Origin: Perkinsus chesapeaki ATCC PRA-425
Taxonomy: Eukaryota; Protista; Perkinsozoa
NCBI GenBank assembly: GCA_013115145.1
Contig: JAAPAO010000007.1
Coordinates: 62,001 to 126,000 of the forward strand
Direction of reading: 5' to 3'
DNA: 64,000 bases
Under the pieces are notes generated by a model. That model searched no databases. It worked only from the letters and a program-made list of their open reading frames with translations, and was not told the DNA's origin. The position numbers and the translations under genes are program-made. Positions 30,001-42,542 of the stretch are shown piece after piece; positions within the stretch are counted from its first letter, which is position 1; each line of letters starts with the position of its first letter.

Positions 30001-33000
30001 AATGAGCTAATGCTACTGCCGAACCGACTGAACGAGCGGAGTGACAGGGAGCTGCCCAAAGTGGCGAAGTCAAATACAGACAGCGAGCTGCCAAGTCTTG
30101 ATACGGATAGGATCGAGACTGTAGAGCCTACTCGAGCCAAGTTTCTAAGAGAGATTGCGCTGGAGAGGCAGGCGAAATCAAGCAGCGACAAGGAAGACCC
30201 GAGGCGCGCACAGCTCAGAGCTGTTAGTGAGCTACCCAACCGGAAAAAGGCTCTTGTAGAAAGAGAGCTGCCGAGGTGGGCCTCCGAGACCGTGGAGAGG
30301 TAGGCTCCGGTTCTCATGCCATCGGCGACGGACAGACTGGATCCCAGACGAACATGAGCACGCAGGCTTAGAGAGGATCCAAGGGTTGCATAGTCTACCA
30401 TGGACATGGAACTACCAAACCTGGAGGCGCCGAAGAGAGATATAGTAGAGCCCATGCGAAAGAAGCTTCTTAATGACTGAGAACTGCCGAGGCTGACCCA
30501 GTCGAGAGTGGACATACTGCTGGCTAGCCGGGTAACCGAGAAAACCGAGAGCGTGCTGCCCACTCGGGAAAAGGTCCTCAAGGATAAGGAGGAGCTCATA
30601 CTGCTGTAGTCCAGAACAGACATAGAGCTAGCAAGTCTAGCTAGACCAATAACAGATATCGCAGAGCCAGCTCGGGCAACGGCTCGGATGGATAAAGTTG
30701 AGCCGAAGGAAGCACTATCTAGCAAGGACATGCAGCTGCCGAACCTCACCATACTGAAGACCGATAGCCTGGAGCCCAGGCGAACGTAGCTCCGCAGAGA
30801 GCAAGAGCTGCCAAAGTTGGCAAAACTTAGGACTGATGCGGACTCACCGAGCCTGGCCAAGCCAAACATAGACAAGGAGCTACCGAGTCTAGCTAGGGAC
30901 CTTACCGACATGGAGCTGCCCAAATGTAGGAAATCTAACACGCTCGCACTGGAGGCGAGACGGTTGCGGCCCACAGTAGAGAGAGCGCTACCGAGGCGGG
31001 AGAATCCTCGAAGACTAAGAGAACTACCCAAGTGGACGAAGTCAAGGGTGGACATACTTCCACCTAAACGGTACGATCCGAATGCAGAGACGCTAGATCC
31101 GAGTCGAGCAAATGACCGCAGGGAAAGGCTACTGCTGAGTAGAGCCTGACCACAGGCTGACAAGCTGTCACCGACTCGTGCACGGCCAAAAGCTGACAAA
31201 CTACTACCAAACCGAGCAAAGGTTCTCAAAGAGAGGCTGCTGCCAAGCCGAGCGAAATCCAGAACGGAAACGCTGGAGCCGAGCCGAGCGCCTTCTAGAA
31301 GGGACATAGAGCTACCGACGCGGAGAATCTTACGGATAGATAGAGCACTGCCCAAAGAAGCAAAGTGCATAACGCTCATGCTACTGCCAAATCGTGCACC
31401 GGCAAAGACCGAGAGGGTAGAGCCCAGCCGGGCAAAGGAGCGCAGGGACATGCTCGACGACAGCCGGGCGGCGTCGAGAACGGATATAGATCCGCCTACC
31501 CTGGCTAAGCCGAACGCAGAGAGGCAACTACCGAAGCGGGCCAAACCGCGGATTGAGATCGAAGAACCAAGGTGGGTAAAGTCAACCAGTGATATCGATG
31601 AACCGAATCGACCGACACCAAAGATGGAGAGGCTGCTGCCTAGGCGGCCATAGGACCTAATGGACAAGCCCGATCCAATTTGGAAGAAATCAGTAACCGA
31701 GATGGGAGCCACTGCTCGGAGCTCTCCAGTAATAGAGACCGAGCTGCCCATCCTGGCAACACCACGCAGCGATAGACAGCTGCCGAGCATGAGATAATCT
31801 AGAACAGACAGAGAACCAGCGAGTCTCGTTCGATCAAATACTGTCAGACTGCTGCCCAGTCTGCTGACACCTCGTAGTGAGAGAGTAGAGCCTAGCTGAG
31901 CAAAGTTGAGGATCGAGACCGATGAACCGATCCGACCTCCACTCAATGTTGACAATGAGCTTCCTAGTCGCATCGCTGCACGAAGAGATAGCGACGAGCC
32001 AAGAATGAGGTAGTCCAGAATGGAGGTAGAACGGCCTATTCTAGTATTAGTGAACACTGATAGAGAGGAGCCGAGTCTGGCCAGAGACCTGAGGCTCATC
32101 GAGCTGCTGCTCGCCACGCAGTCCATCACCGATAGTGCGTCTCCAAGCCTTGACAGCCCATAGACAGAGATATAGCTGCCCATTCTGGAGACAGACCTTA
32201 CCGATAGTGAAGAGCCAAATTGTGTGTAGCTCAAAGCCGAGAGCACGCTGCCGAATCGGGCAAGACCGTACACACTAACAGCGCTACCAAAGCGCATGAA
32301 GGAGCGCAGTGACATCGTAGAGCCAAGCATGACAAAGTCTAGGATAGACCCGCTGCTGCCTGCCCGGAGTAGCGAAACCATCGACAGAGATGATCCCAGC
32401 CTAGCAGTTGACCGAAGGGAAAGACTGCTGCCAAGAGAGGCGAACTCCACCAGTGACATACGGCTGCCGAGACGGGCCTCACCGAAGGTCGAAAGATATG
32501 ATCCGAGGCGAGCGAATGATCTCAGAGATAGGGTACTACCAAGCTCGACGGAGTCAAGTGTGGATAGCGTTGACCCCAGCCTGCCCATACCAAACAACGA
32601 AAGCGCCGAGCCACCTCTGGTGAATCCTCGAATAGACAAGGTACTGCCGAGATCGACGAACCCCAAGGTGGAGAAGGAGCTACCACAGCGGGCCATGGAG
32701 AAGGTCGAGATGGTGCTCCCGAGACGAGCGAAGGTCCGGAGGGACAGAGAACTCGAAACGGCAGTGTAGTCGAGAGCCGATAAGGATGCTCCAAAGCGGG
32801 CAGTGCTGCACAAGGACAGAGTGCTGCCAAGGCGGCCAGTTCCCCGGACACTCAGGCTGCTACCCAGCTGAAGGAAATCCAAGACAGTTGCGGAGCATCC
32901 CAGTCTGGCAAGGTCGAACATCGACAGTGAGCTACCGAGCCGAGCGTAGGTCTGTAGGGAGAGGGAACTGCCCAAGTGGAGGAAGTCGAGCACAGAGACA

Positions 33001-36000
33001 GAAGATCCGAGCCTGGTCCTGTCGAAGGCCGAGACCGAGCTGCCAAGTCTAGAGAAGCTCCTGAGAGATAGAGAGCTGCCAAGGTGGCTGTGATGGAGAA
33101 CGGAGAGAGCGCTGCCCAGCCGAGCTACACTGTAAACCGATACACTTGAGCCGAGGCGCGCTGTAGATCTAAGGCTCAAGGAACTTCCTAGAGTGGTCGA
33201 ATCGAACAGAGATATGGTAGAACCGAGTCTAGCACAAGAGAAGGCACTCAGTGTGCTGCCAAGCTTGAGGAAGCCTCTAGCACTGATAACGGAGCCGGTC
33301 CACAGAGAACCATGGATGGAGAAAGTGCTGCCTAGGCGAGCATAGGATCTGATGGATAAAGCGCTACCAAGGCCACTGTAGTCCAGGACAGATAGCTTCT
33401 TCCCAAGCCTCGCCCAGGAAAAGACTGAGATGTTGCTACCGAGACGAGCGCATGCTCTGACCGACAGGGAGCTGCCCAGGGCAAGATAGTCCAGTATGGA
33501 CAAGGAGCTGCCAAGCCTCGATGAAGAGTACACTGACAACCCGGATCCCAGGCGACCGGTAGCCCGCACGGAGAGGGTCGATCCCAGATCGCAGAGCTGA
33601 CGGGCCGAGAAGTAGTCTGAGAGCTGTGTCGAGCCGAAGACTGAGAGAGTACTGCCCAGTCTGATGAAGGACCGTAGGGACATCGACGACCCGAACTGGA
33701 CGTAGTCGAACACTGACGCTGAGGAACCGAGACGAGAATACCCAAAGACTGACAGAGCGCTGCCAGCTCGGGCAAATGACCTAACCGATAGCGTCGACCC
33801 TAGTGTGGCGTAGGCGAGCATGGAGAGATCACTACCGAGACGGGCTGAGCTGAAAGCCGAGACCGAGCTGCCGAACATGCCCATAGCACGGAGAGATAGG
33901 GAGCTGCCCAGCCAAGAGTGATCCAGGGCGCTGATCAAAGATCCGAACTTGGCCATGCCGTACAGAGACAGGGTGCTACCCGAGCGGACAAAGCCTCGCA
34001 GAGAAAGCGCGCTTCCTAATGCGACAAGGTCGACAGTGCTGAGCGACTGGCCAAGCCTAGCGCCACTGAAGACCGTGAGGCTGCTTCCGGCACGGAGAAG
34101 CCCACGCAGCGACAGGGAGCTACCTACCAGGCTGTAACCGAGGACAGAGATGCCAGATCCGATGCGAGCGGAGCCAAAGGAAGACAAGCTCGACCCTAGA
34201 CGGGACATGGCTCGGAGGGAAAGGGAGCTGCCGAGATCAGCCCACGCCAGGCTCGAGACAGAGCTTGCGAGCCTGGCAGCTGCTGCCAAGGATAAAGTAG
34301 ATCCGAGCCTAGCCACTGCACGCAGAGACATCGACGAGCCGAGAGCGAGGAAGTCGAGAACCGACGAGCTGCCGCCGATCCGCGCTCCACAGAAGGTCGA
34401 GAAGGTAGAGCCAAATCGAACTAGGGACCTCACAGAGAGGGCGCTGCCGAGGTGGGAGAAGTCACAGACGGACATCCCCATACCCAAGCGGGCCGAAGCA
34501 TAGGACGACACCGATGACCCAAACCTCATCAATGAACGCATGGACAGTGAGCTTCCAAGCCCGACACAGTCCAGGACCGAAACGGTGAGCCCCAGTCTGG
34601 TCGTAGAGAAGACCGACGCCATTCGACCAAACCGAGCGTGCTGCTGGAGGGACAAGGTGGATCCTAGGGTAACGTAATCGAGAACGGAAAACGAGCAACC
34701 GAGGCGACTTAGACCGGCCACCGAGAAGGCTGATCCGATGCGAGCATGGCCTCTCAAGGAGAAGGCACTACCAAGATGAACAAAGTCGAGGACCGAAACT
34801 GAGTCGCCCATCCGGCTCATACCGTATACCGAGATGCGGCTCCCAAACCGAGAGAAGTCCCTAAGAGATAGAGAAGATCCTAAAACAGTGAAATCAAGCA
34901 CGGAAGACGACGAGCCTAAAGTAGACACTCCGAACAAGGACATGGTGCTGCCGGCACGAATGACCCCACGAACCGATAAGCACGAGCCTAGTGCGCTGAG
35001 GTCTAGAACACTGAGACCGGAGCCGAGCCTAGTAGTGCCGAATATAGAAACTGTGGAGCCCATCCTAGCAGCTGACCTCAGTGAGAGTGCCGAGCCAAAC
35101 GACAGCTGCCCTAGAACCGAAAAAGAACTACCTAACCTCGAGGTGGCGTACACAGATAGGGTACTGCCTAGCCTCGAACTGGACCGAATACTCATGCTAG
35201 AACCCATTGTGAGGTAATCGAGCACCGACAGGCTTTGGGCGAATCTGCTCGCTGCCGCAACCGAAACGGTGCTACCAGCTCTAATGAACGAGCGAAGAGA
35301 TAGAACACTGCCAACAGCTACGAAGTCCAACACTGAGATGCTACTGCCAAACCGTGACACGCCATAGGTCGAGACGTGGCTGCCTAGGCGGGCCACTGAC
35401 CGCAGGGACAGTGCGCTGCCCAACGCTGTGAAGGTCATCACAGACAGAGCCGAGCCTAGCCGCGTCGTCGCCAGGAGAGAGATAGTACTCCCAAAGCGAG
35501 CAAACGAACGTATTGACATGGACGAGCTCAGTGTCGCGAAGCCCAGACTTGAAATCTGAGAGCCGAACCTTGTCTGGCTGAAGACCGAGATAGTGCTTCC
35601 GAGTCGGATAAGGCTGCGTAGAGAGAAGGCACTGCCGAGGTTCACGCAGTCATACGTGGACAGTACGCTGCCAAGGCGAGCCAAGCTAAAGACCGATACT
35701 GCAGAGCCAGCTCGGAAGAAGGCCCTCAACGACATGCTGCTGCCCAAGGCCAACATGTCCAACATAGAGACTGAGCTGCCCTGGCGAACCTTACTATAAA
35801 CCGAGAGAGAGCTACCGAACCTCATGCTCGAACGGATGGACATGGTACTGCCCAGGTTGACAAAGTCTAAGACAGACATGCTGCAACCGATGCGAGCCAT
35901 GCCGTAGGCTGAGCAGCTCGAGCCGAACCTAGAGAAGGATCTTATAGAGATAGCACTGGCTAGGTTGGTAAGGTCCAAAATGGAGAGAGAACTGCCCATA

Positions 36001-39000
36001 CGAGCTTGGCCAAACAGACTGAGCGTGCTGCCAAAACGGGCAAAGTTGCGGACGGAGAGGGAGCTGCCGAGGGCCATAAACCCGAGGGTCGAGACCGAGC
36101 TAGCCATTCTCGCCACAGCAAAGACCGAAAGACCGCTGCCAGCTCTGGCGAAAGTTCTCAATGAGAGTGACGAGGCACAGGTGGCGAAATCTAGCAGGGA
36201 TATCTGCGACCCTAACCTGGCCATACCAACCACAGAAAGGCTGCTGCCGAGGCGAGCAAAGGATCGCAGTGACTGGGTCGAGCCTAGAGCCGCAAAATCG
36301 AGCACAGTAACGGTGTGGCCGAAGCGCGCTAGACACTCTAAGGAAAGAGAACTGCCAAGGCGAGCAAATGCCCGTAGAGAGAGAGCACTGCCACCTAGGC
36401 TGAAGTCTAGCACAGAGAGGCTAGAGCCAAGTCTGGAGCAACCGAAAACTGAGACCGAGCTGCCAACTCGACCCAAGGCTCGTACCGATAGTGCAGAGCC
36501 AATGGCTACGCTGTCCAAAGCGGAGAGTGTGAGACCAAGACGAGCTCTGCTGAATACACTGAGGGTGCTGCCGAGCCGAGCGAACTGACGCATGGAGACA
36601 GTGCTGCCAAAGTGGGCCGCGCTAACCACGGAAAGGTGACTTCCTAGTCTACAGAGACCGAAGGCCGAGACAGAGCTACCAAAGCGAGCCAAACCACGCA
36701 GAGAGAGAGCGCTCCCCATAGCCGAGAAGTCGAGAACGCTGGCGGTACTTCCAGCACGAAGACAACCAAACGTCGATACCGTAGAGCCGAAGCGGGCGAA
36801 TGACCGCAGTGATATGGTGCTGCCGATCAGTGTGTAGTCCAGCACCGACAACGAGGACCCGAGCCTCGCCCAACCGTAGGCTGATAGAGTACTGCCGAGC
36901 CTGGCCTGGCCACGGAGAGACAGCGATGAACCCATCAATACAAAGGAGAGAGCAGACAAGCTGTCACCGAATCGGCTCAGGCAGTGGGCGGACAAGGCAG
37001 AGCCGAGCCTGGTAAAGGCTCTAGTGGAGAGTGCCGAGCCGAGGTTGATGAGGTCCAGCGCTGTAATGCTGGCACCGATGCGAGCCAGACCGACCGTGGA
37101 TAGAGCGCTGCCGATGCGGGCCAGGTTACGAAGAGATAGGCTGCTACCGAGCTGGAAGAAGTCTAGGATGCTGACTGTCGATGCCAGACGGGCTAGGCCG
37201 ACCAAAGAGAAGGAACTGCCAAATCTGCCGAACTCCCTCAAGGACAGTGAGCTGCTCAGTACAGCAAAATCTAGTATAGAGGCTGATGAGCCAAACCGCG
37301 CCAAACCAAAGGCAGAGACAGTCGAGCCCATACGAAGGAAGGACCTCAGTGAGAAAGTGCTGCCTAAATGGGCAAAGCCTAGCACGGAGAGAGAGGTGCC
37401 GAGCCGAGCTTGGCCATAGACAGACAGCGCAGAGCCGGCCCTTGCCGCCGATCTCAAAGACATGGACGAGCCCAGGTGAACCCAGTCCAGGACGGACACA
37501 CTGCTGCCGAGCCTCGCCATACCGAAGGCTGAGACACTTGACCCGAGCCTGGAGAAGGACCGGAACGATAGCGAACTGCCAGTGTGAGCGTAGTCTAGAA
37601 CGGATAGATTATCGCCTATGCGAGCACCGGCCACCAACGATAGAGAGCTGCCGACCCGGACGTACTCCCTAAGGGACAAGCTGCTTCCCAGAGTTGAGGA
37701 GTCCAGGAGTGACAGAGCCGAACCGAAGCGTCCAAGACCGCACACTGACAGAGCACTGCCGAGCCTGTTCACCGCTCTGAGACTCAGGGAGGATCCCAAA
37801 GCCGACGCATCTAGTATAGAGAAGCCGCTGCCCATACGGAAATGGGTGTGCATGGACAAGGACGATCCTAACCTTGCTGCTGCTCGAAGAGACAATGTGC
37901 TGCCTAGGGCTATAGAGTCCAGGACAGATAGGCTGGAACCAATACGAGCCAGACCATAGAAGGAAAGGCCAGAGCCAAACCTAGTAAAGCCTCGGATGCT
38001 CATCGCCGAGCCGAGGTTGGCGAAGTCCAAACCGGAAAGCGACGAGCCGAACCGTGCCATGCCGTAAACCGACACCGATGAGCCAGCTCGAGCGAAGCGA
38101 TGAAGAGACAGAGAGGATCCCATGGTTGTGAAGTCGAGCACCTGAAGAGCAGCATGTCAGCCAGGCGGCAGGCTCGTACACTTACGCTCAGGCTGGCGCC
38201 AAGGACGGCACGATCGAATATACTGCACGAGCTACCTATCCTAGCAAAGCCTCTCAGACTCAATGACGAACTCAGAGTTGTGAGATCCAGAACGGAGAGA
38301 GATGCTCCGAACCGAGAGGTTCCGTATCTGAGGACGCCTTCAACGGTCTAGGGGAGAGAGGCACGTACAGAGAGGCTGAGCTGCCCAGTCTCATGAAGGA
38401 CTGCAAGGATAGTGCGCTGCCGATATTGATGAAATCTAATGTGGTCAGAGATTGGCCCATACGAGCTCGACCTAACAAACGACTATCGCTGAGCATGTAT
38501 TCGAAGCTCGACCCTTACCTGCAACCGACATGTAGCTTCCCAGTCTGAAGGATGCCCTTATCGATGCCGAGCTGCCCAGAGCAATCTACACAGGCAGCGC
38601 TCATCCAGGCCGCTCCAGGCCGACGAGTATTTCCTTACCCAGTCCAGTACGGAGAGGCGGCTTCCAAGCCTTGTTGTGCCATATAAGGACAGTGCGCTGC
38701 CAATCCTGGCATACGTTCGGATCGAGGTCGAGCTACCGAACGTTGCATAGTCCAGAACCGATAACGACGATCCAAACATCTAACAAGAGTAATCCGGGGA
38801 GGAACAGAGGACGGTCCTACCGCCGAGTTGAAGAGAGATAGGCCACTGCCAAGCTTAGCGAAGTTGTATACAGACAGGGAGCTGCCCATTGAGACATAAT
38901 CGAAGATGCTGACCGTGGAATGCAGAACTGCTGAGCCGTACACCTAATAGGCAGACAGTAAGAGTGTATTTCCATACGTTAAGGAGATCCCTACGCTGAG

Positions 39001-40162
39001 ACCGTAGCCAGACTCTGGTGCACCACTTTGAGGATCTGTAGGCTCCGAGTTACCGATGTTGATGAAGCCCTAAACATGCCATCACCGGCTGTGCTAGCTA
39101 GGATGTCCTACGTGAACGGAGAGGCTGGATCCGACTCTACCAACCTCCTGGACGCTTATGGTGCTGCCGAGGCGGACAAAGGACCGCACAGACAGGGTCG
39201 AGCCGAGCACCACACGGTCGTACATATGCCTACAGACAAGCAAACCAACTCCATCGAGATGAGGCCCCCAACATTCAACCTACACATAGTTCCCCAAGCG
39301 AGCGAATCCCATAACGGAGATCTGTGGTCTCTTTGATGCATCTGGATCCTCGGGGTCGTCGGGTTTACCTAGGCAAGTGGAGGGTGAAGAGTCCACTGAG
39401 ATCAGACCACATCGCACCAGGTCGCTTGGTCGAAATCCAGAGATTCGAGAAGAACTGAGCCTGCCTCCAGAAGGCCGACTCGCCCGTCACCGACAACGCA
39501 GCCGAGAAATGAACGGCTTCTTCAACCTGGCAAGCATCCGTGGGAAGCATATCCTGCCCGTCCCATGGCGTACCGAAAGCGACTTCTTAAAGACGGCCAC
39601 GTCGAGCACCTCCATTGAACTGTTAAATATGGCCTTTTTGTAATATCGAGGGAGCTCAGCTAACATGCCGAATTCAAGTAGATAACTTTCAAAAGAGTCT
39701 ACCTGAACCATCCGGTGCAGCTATCATAGCTCCTCCTTCTCGTTGATCATCCAACATCAATATCAACACTGATACCGGATCGGCACCTAGGATGCATAAC
39801 TATCTCGTCAGCAGGCGCCGTCTTCTTCATGCTCACCGATGATGTCGTGGGCCATAATGTGTAAATCGGTCTTCATTTCAACTCCTGTAAGTTCTTTTTT
39901 CGCCACAAAATCCCACTGTGGCAGGCCGTGCTTATTCAAAGCAAACCTCGAGGCCTATACCCGCAATACCAACGCTCACATAGGCAGCATCCAGCCTACC
40001 TGTGCGGGGCTGGGGTCGACCGTCAATGGCCCCAACAGTGTTATATCACCACGTCGACCAACTAGCACCCACCCTTGGACGAGCTGAAATGACGGAGTAA
40101 ATAGAGCATTCGGCGGTGTAAGGATCTACCTGTAGTGGCAGGATTAATAACCACAGTATCAT
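1..40162 (-). CDS. Giant secreted tandem-repeat protein (at least 13,169 aa, 3'-truncated by the window); about 1,050 copies of a 12-aa Ser/Leu/Gly/Arg-rich repeat, probable beta-solenoid
   Basis: Manual translation of the minus frame (codons at + positions 3k..3k+2) gives e.g. LGSSLSCRSVARFGSTLSA at 3-59 and ARFGSGLSVTGLARIGSVYKLSVI near 950-1020. The ORF track lists no minus ORF in this frame over 1-38 kb while both other minus frames are fragmented, as expected if the frame is stop-free to the window edge. Spot checks found no stop; I did not check every codon. Exons (+ coordinates): 40130-40162, 40000-40083, 39837-39954, 39703-39786, 39574-39659, 39418-39526, 39284-39368, 39112-39229, 38995-39069, 38821-38943, 38639-38779, 38519-38585, 38369-38471, 38186-38327, <1-38141. 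All introns are GT-AG and all phases are consistent. The N-terminus is MILWLLILPLQLVQG-WVLVGRRG (signal-peptide-like). Confidence 0.9.
38142..40129 (-). other. Cluster of 14 short spliceosomal introns (41-54 nt) of the giant repeat gene
   Basis: Introns at 38142-38185, 38328-38368, 38472-38518, 38586-38638, 38780-38820, 38944-38994, 39070-39111, 39230-39283, 39369-39417, 39527-39573, 39660-39702, 39787-39836, 39955-39999 and 40084-40129. Example: 38142-38185 reads GTAAGTG...CTCTTCAG on the minus strand. Removing them restores an open frame and the repeat register. The donor of 39369-39417 (GTGCGA) is the weakest call. Confidence 0.85.
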
Positions 40163-41338
40163 TATATGCAACCAAGTGTGCATGGAACAGGTATGCATCT
40201 TATTAACAACCTGAATCAGTTATATAGCGTGTTGTGATGGTGGTGATGGTGATGCTACTCTCTTTAAATGAATTGTCAACCTTGCTGTATCGATAATAGC
40301 AGAGGCCGAATTATGCCATGCCCAAGGTACTAGCCTTGTCCGGGTCAAAATCCCGAAAAAGGTGAAACCTACCAAAACCAAAGCCATTTATCGTACGCCC
40401 CAGGTTTGAATAGACTAGGTCATCGTAGCAGCTATATTGATGCAGATGCAGATATACATCGCGGATTGTAATGATATATATCTTAATTTGTGCGGACGTA
40501 CTAGTCGATTAATACCACTAATATTCACATTATAACAGGCGAAGAGGAGGTGAATAGGTCAGAAAGAGAGTGTTCAGCATGGATAGAGGCCGTCATAGAC
40601 GAGCATCTATCTTTAGGAGCTATATTAAGATCCAATCGGTATCGACAGAGATAGCAACATCGTTTAGCGTATTAATTAACGAACCCAACAAGCACTGATA
40701 TGTGATATAATATCATCATAGATCGTCGAGTTCATTATTAACCCATCGGAAGGATAAACATCAGATTTACTAATAGGATTCATATCGTTTAAATTAAATT
40801 TGGCTGACAGCAACCAGCCCGAACATCACAAAATCCACACTTAAAACGATGTGAGAAGGCTCAAAACCGGATGATAACCACCATCAAAATAAGCTATAAC
40901 ATTATTAGAGTCAAACCGCACAAATAAGACTGTTAACAGCGTCATAGTGGAGTCAGTACAAGCAGCGCAAGCGGCCATCTCGAGCAAGTTCCGATCAGTT
41001 TCAATCTTGCGCTGTCACTTGCTTATCTTGCATTTCTTGTATTTTCTCAACGCAGCGCGCTATAACGCGTGTCGATCACGTCGCAACACTCGAAAATTTG
41101 TATGGAGTTGCTACTCCTCACTCTACTGATAAGCTCTGTATTTCCTGCTTGGTTCGTCATTACGTAATACGAACATGGCATAGTAAGCGGAGCAATATCG
41201 TATCTAGTGATCATCGGGCTCGCTTTATCCTGTGCTCGTCGAGTGTAGGATTGACCAGTGTATCGCACACTTAACATTTGACAAATAGACTAATACTGCT
41301 ATCAGCGGTCCTCGTGGTCATTGATATGGCTCACAGGC

Positions 41339-42380
41339 ATGTCCCACCTTAAGCGAGCAGACGGTTCCGAGCTACCGAAAGGGTTATCGGCTTTGTACAA
41401 GTAAAGAGGGAATGTCGGTTAAAGCCTTCTACTTTATTATAGGCGGTTTTCGCAGAGCAGCTATAGTGATGACGACAAGGAAATGAATAAAGACACGGAT
41501 GACTTGGACCATCTTAAAATATTGTTGGCCATTGAGGCTAGTAGACGGAAGAAGGCCACACAGTAGGCATGCATATCCAAGGTCGACCCGTGCACCACGG
41601 CCTCACTTAGCGATCTGCTCAAGATGAGACGGGCCCATGATCAGCAGTTTCTAGAGGAACAGCGCGTCAAACGAGCCGTTTTCGAAGAGAAGGATCGCGA
41701 GGTGAGGGAATGATGGTTAGCACGCAAGCCGCCGAGGAAGCTTAGGTCACCGACCTCCTGGATGAGCTCCACAGGCTCAAGTTCAACAACCAAACTTTGC
41801 GCCACAAACTCCAATCAAGAGAAGCACTCCGTTCTGCTTCCGACTATAAGAAACTGGTAAATCTAACTGAACATACGATCCAAGGCTGGCTTGTAGGTTA
41901 GCGAATGTAATCGATCATCGAGTCGCACTAGCGATGCTGCTCCATCCAAGAGTGCCCGTATGGCAAAGGAACACAACACAACCACTGAAAGTTCCCGGCA
42001 GCTTGTACGTCCTGCCACACGGGAGCCGCCTCTCGCCGGCAGCGAGACAGCACTCGTGCAGAAACCTCATGTGACTTCTGAAGACGTCGGTGGAGCAATC
42101 ACAGTTCCTAAGGTCCGGTCGACATCGAGCGCTGGCCAGGTTCGGTTGGCTACGGTATGATGATACAATGTAGACAGTGAGCAAGTGCTTCGTGGGTTCA
42201 GGCTGGCCAGGAACCGTGGGACAAGCGGCTGGAGCGTAAAGTGGCGATGCATCGCAAAAATGAAGAATTGCAGAAGTCTATCTGGGACATGTACTCGTTC
42301 GTTCACTTAGTTGCCGGTTTGAGTCTCCGAGTCTGTAGGTATTATATTTGGCATGATTCCTTCAACTACCATTAGCTACC
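41339..42380 (+). CDS. Hypothetical multi-exon protein with coiled-coil segment
   Basis: Splicing short GT-AG introns gives MSHLKRADGSELPKGLSALYKRFSQSSYSDDDKEMNKDTDDLDHLKILLAIEASRRKKATHDLLKMRRAHDQQFLEEQRVKRAVFEEKDREVTDLLDELHRLKFNNQTLRHKLQ.... No family recognised; the start and 3' end are approximate. Confidence 0.6.
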
Positions 42381-42542
42381 ATTTACCATGCTTAGGTGTT
42401 GTAACATCATAATCATCATCAGCTTGTGTTAGCTTTAGTTCTCATTACTATAAACTCACACAAGGAGAGGTAACGACAAAATCTTGGTTGTATAAAATCA
42501 TCATGCTTAACAATACAAATTAGTCAGATCAGGAACGACTAC

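Noticed and set aside
1-38141. 36/72-nt periodicity suggestive of a CRISPR array or satellite DNA
   Set aside because: There is no invariant repeat-spacer structure. Variation is concentrated at synonymous positions, the period matches a 12-aa coding repeat, and the context is eukaryotic.
13-38351. Dozens of + strand ORFs (up to 386 aa) with an ELPxLAKxxRDS pattern
   Set aside because: They are the antisense shadow of the giant minus-strand gene. They share one frame, are broken by TAG/TGA/TAA every few hundred nt, and many use GTG or TTG starts that are not expected in a eukaryote.
39001-39010. ACCGTAGCCA, matching the first 10 nt of the Perkinsus/dinoflagellate spliced leader
   Set aside because: The match is only 10 nt and lies antisense within a coding exon, so it is probably chance.
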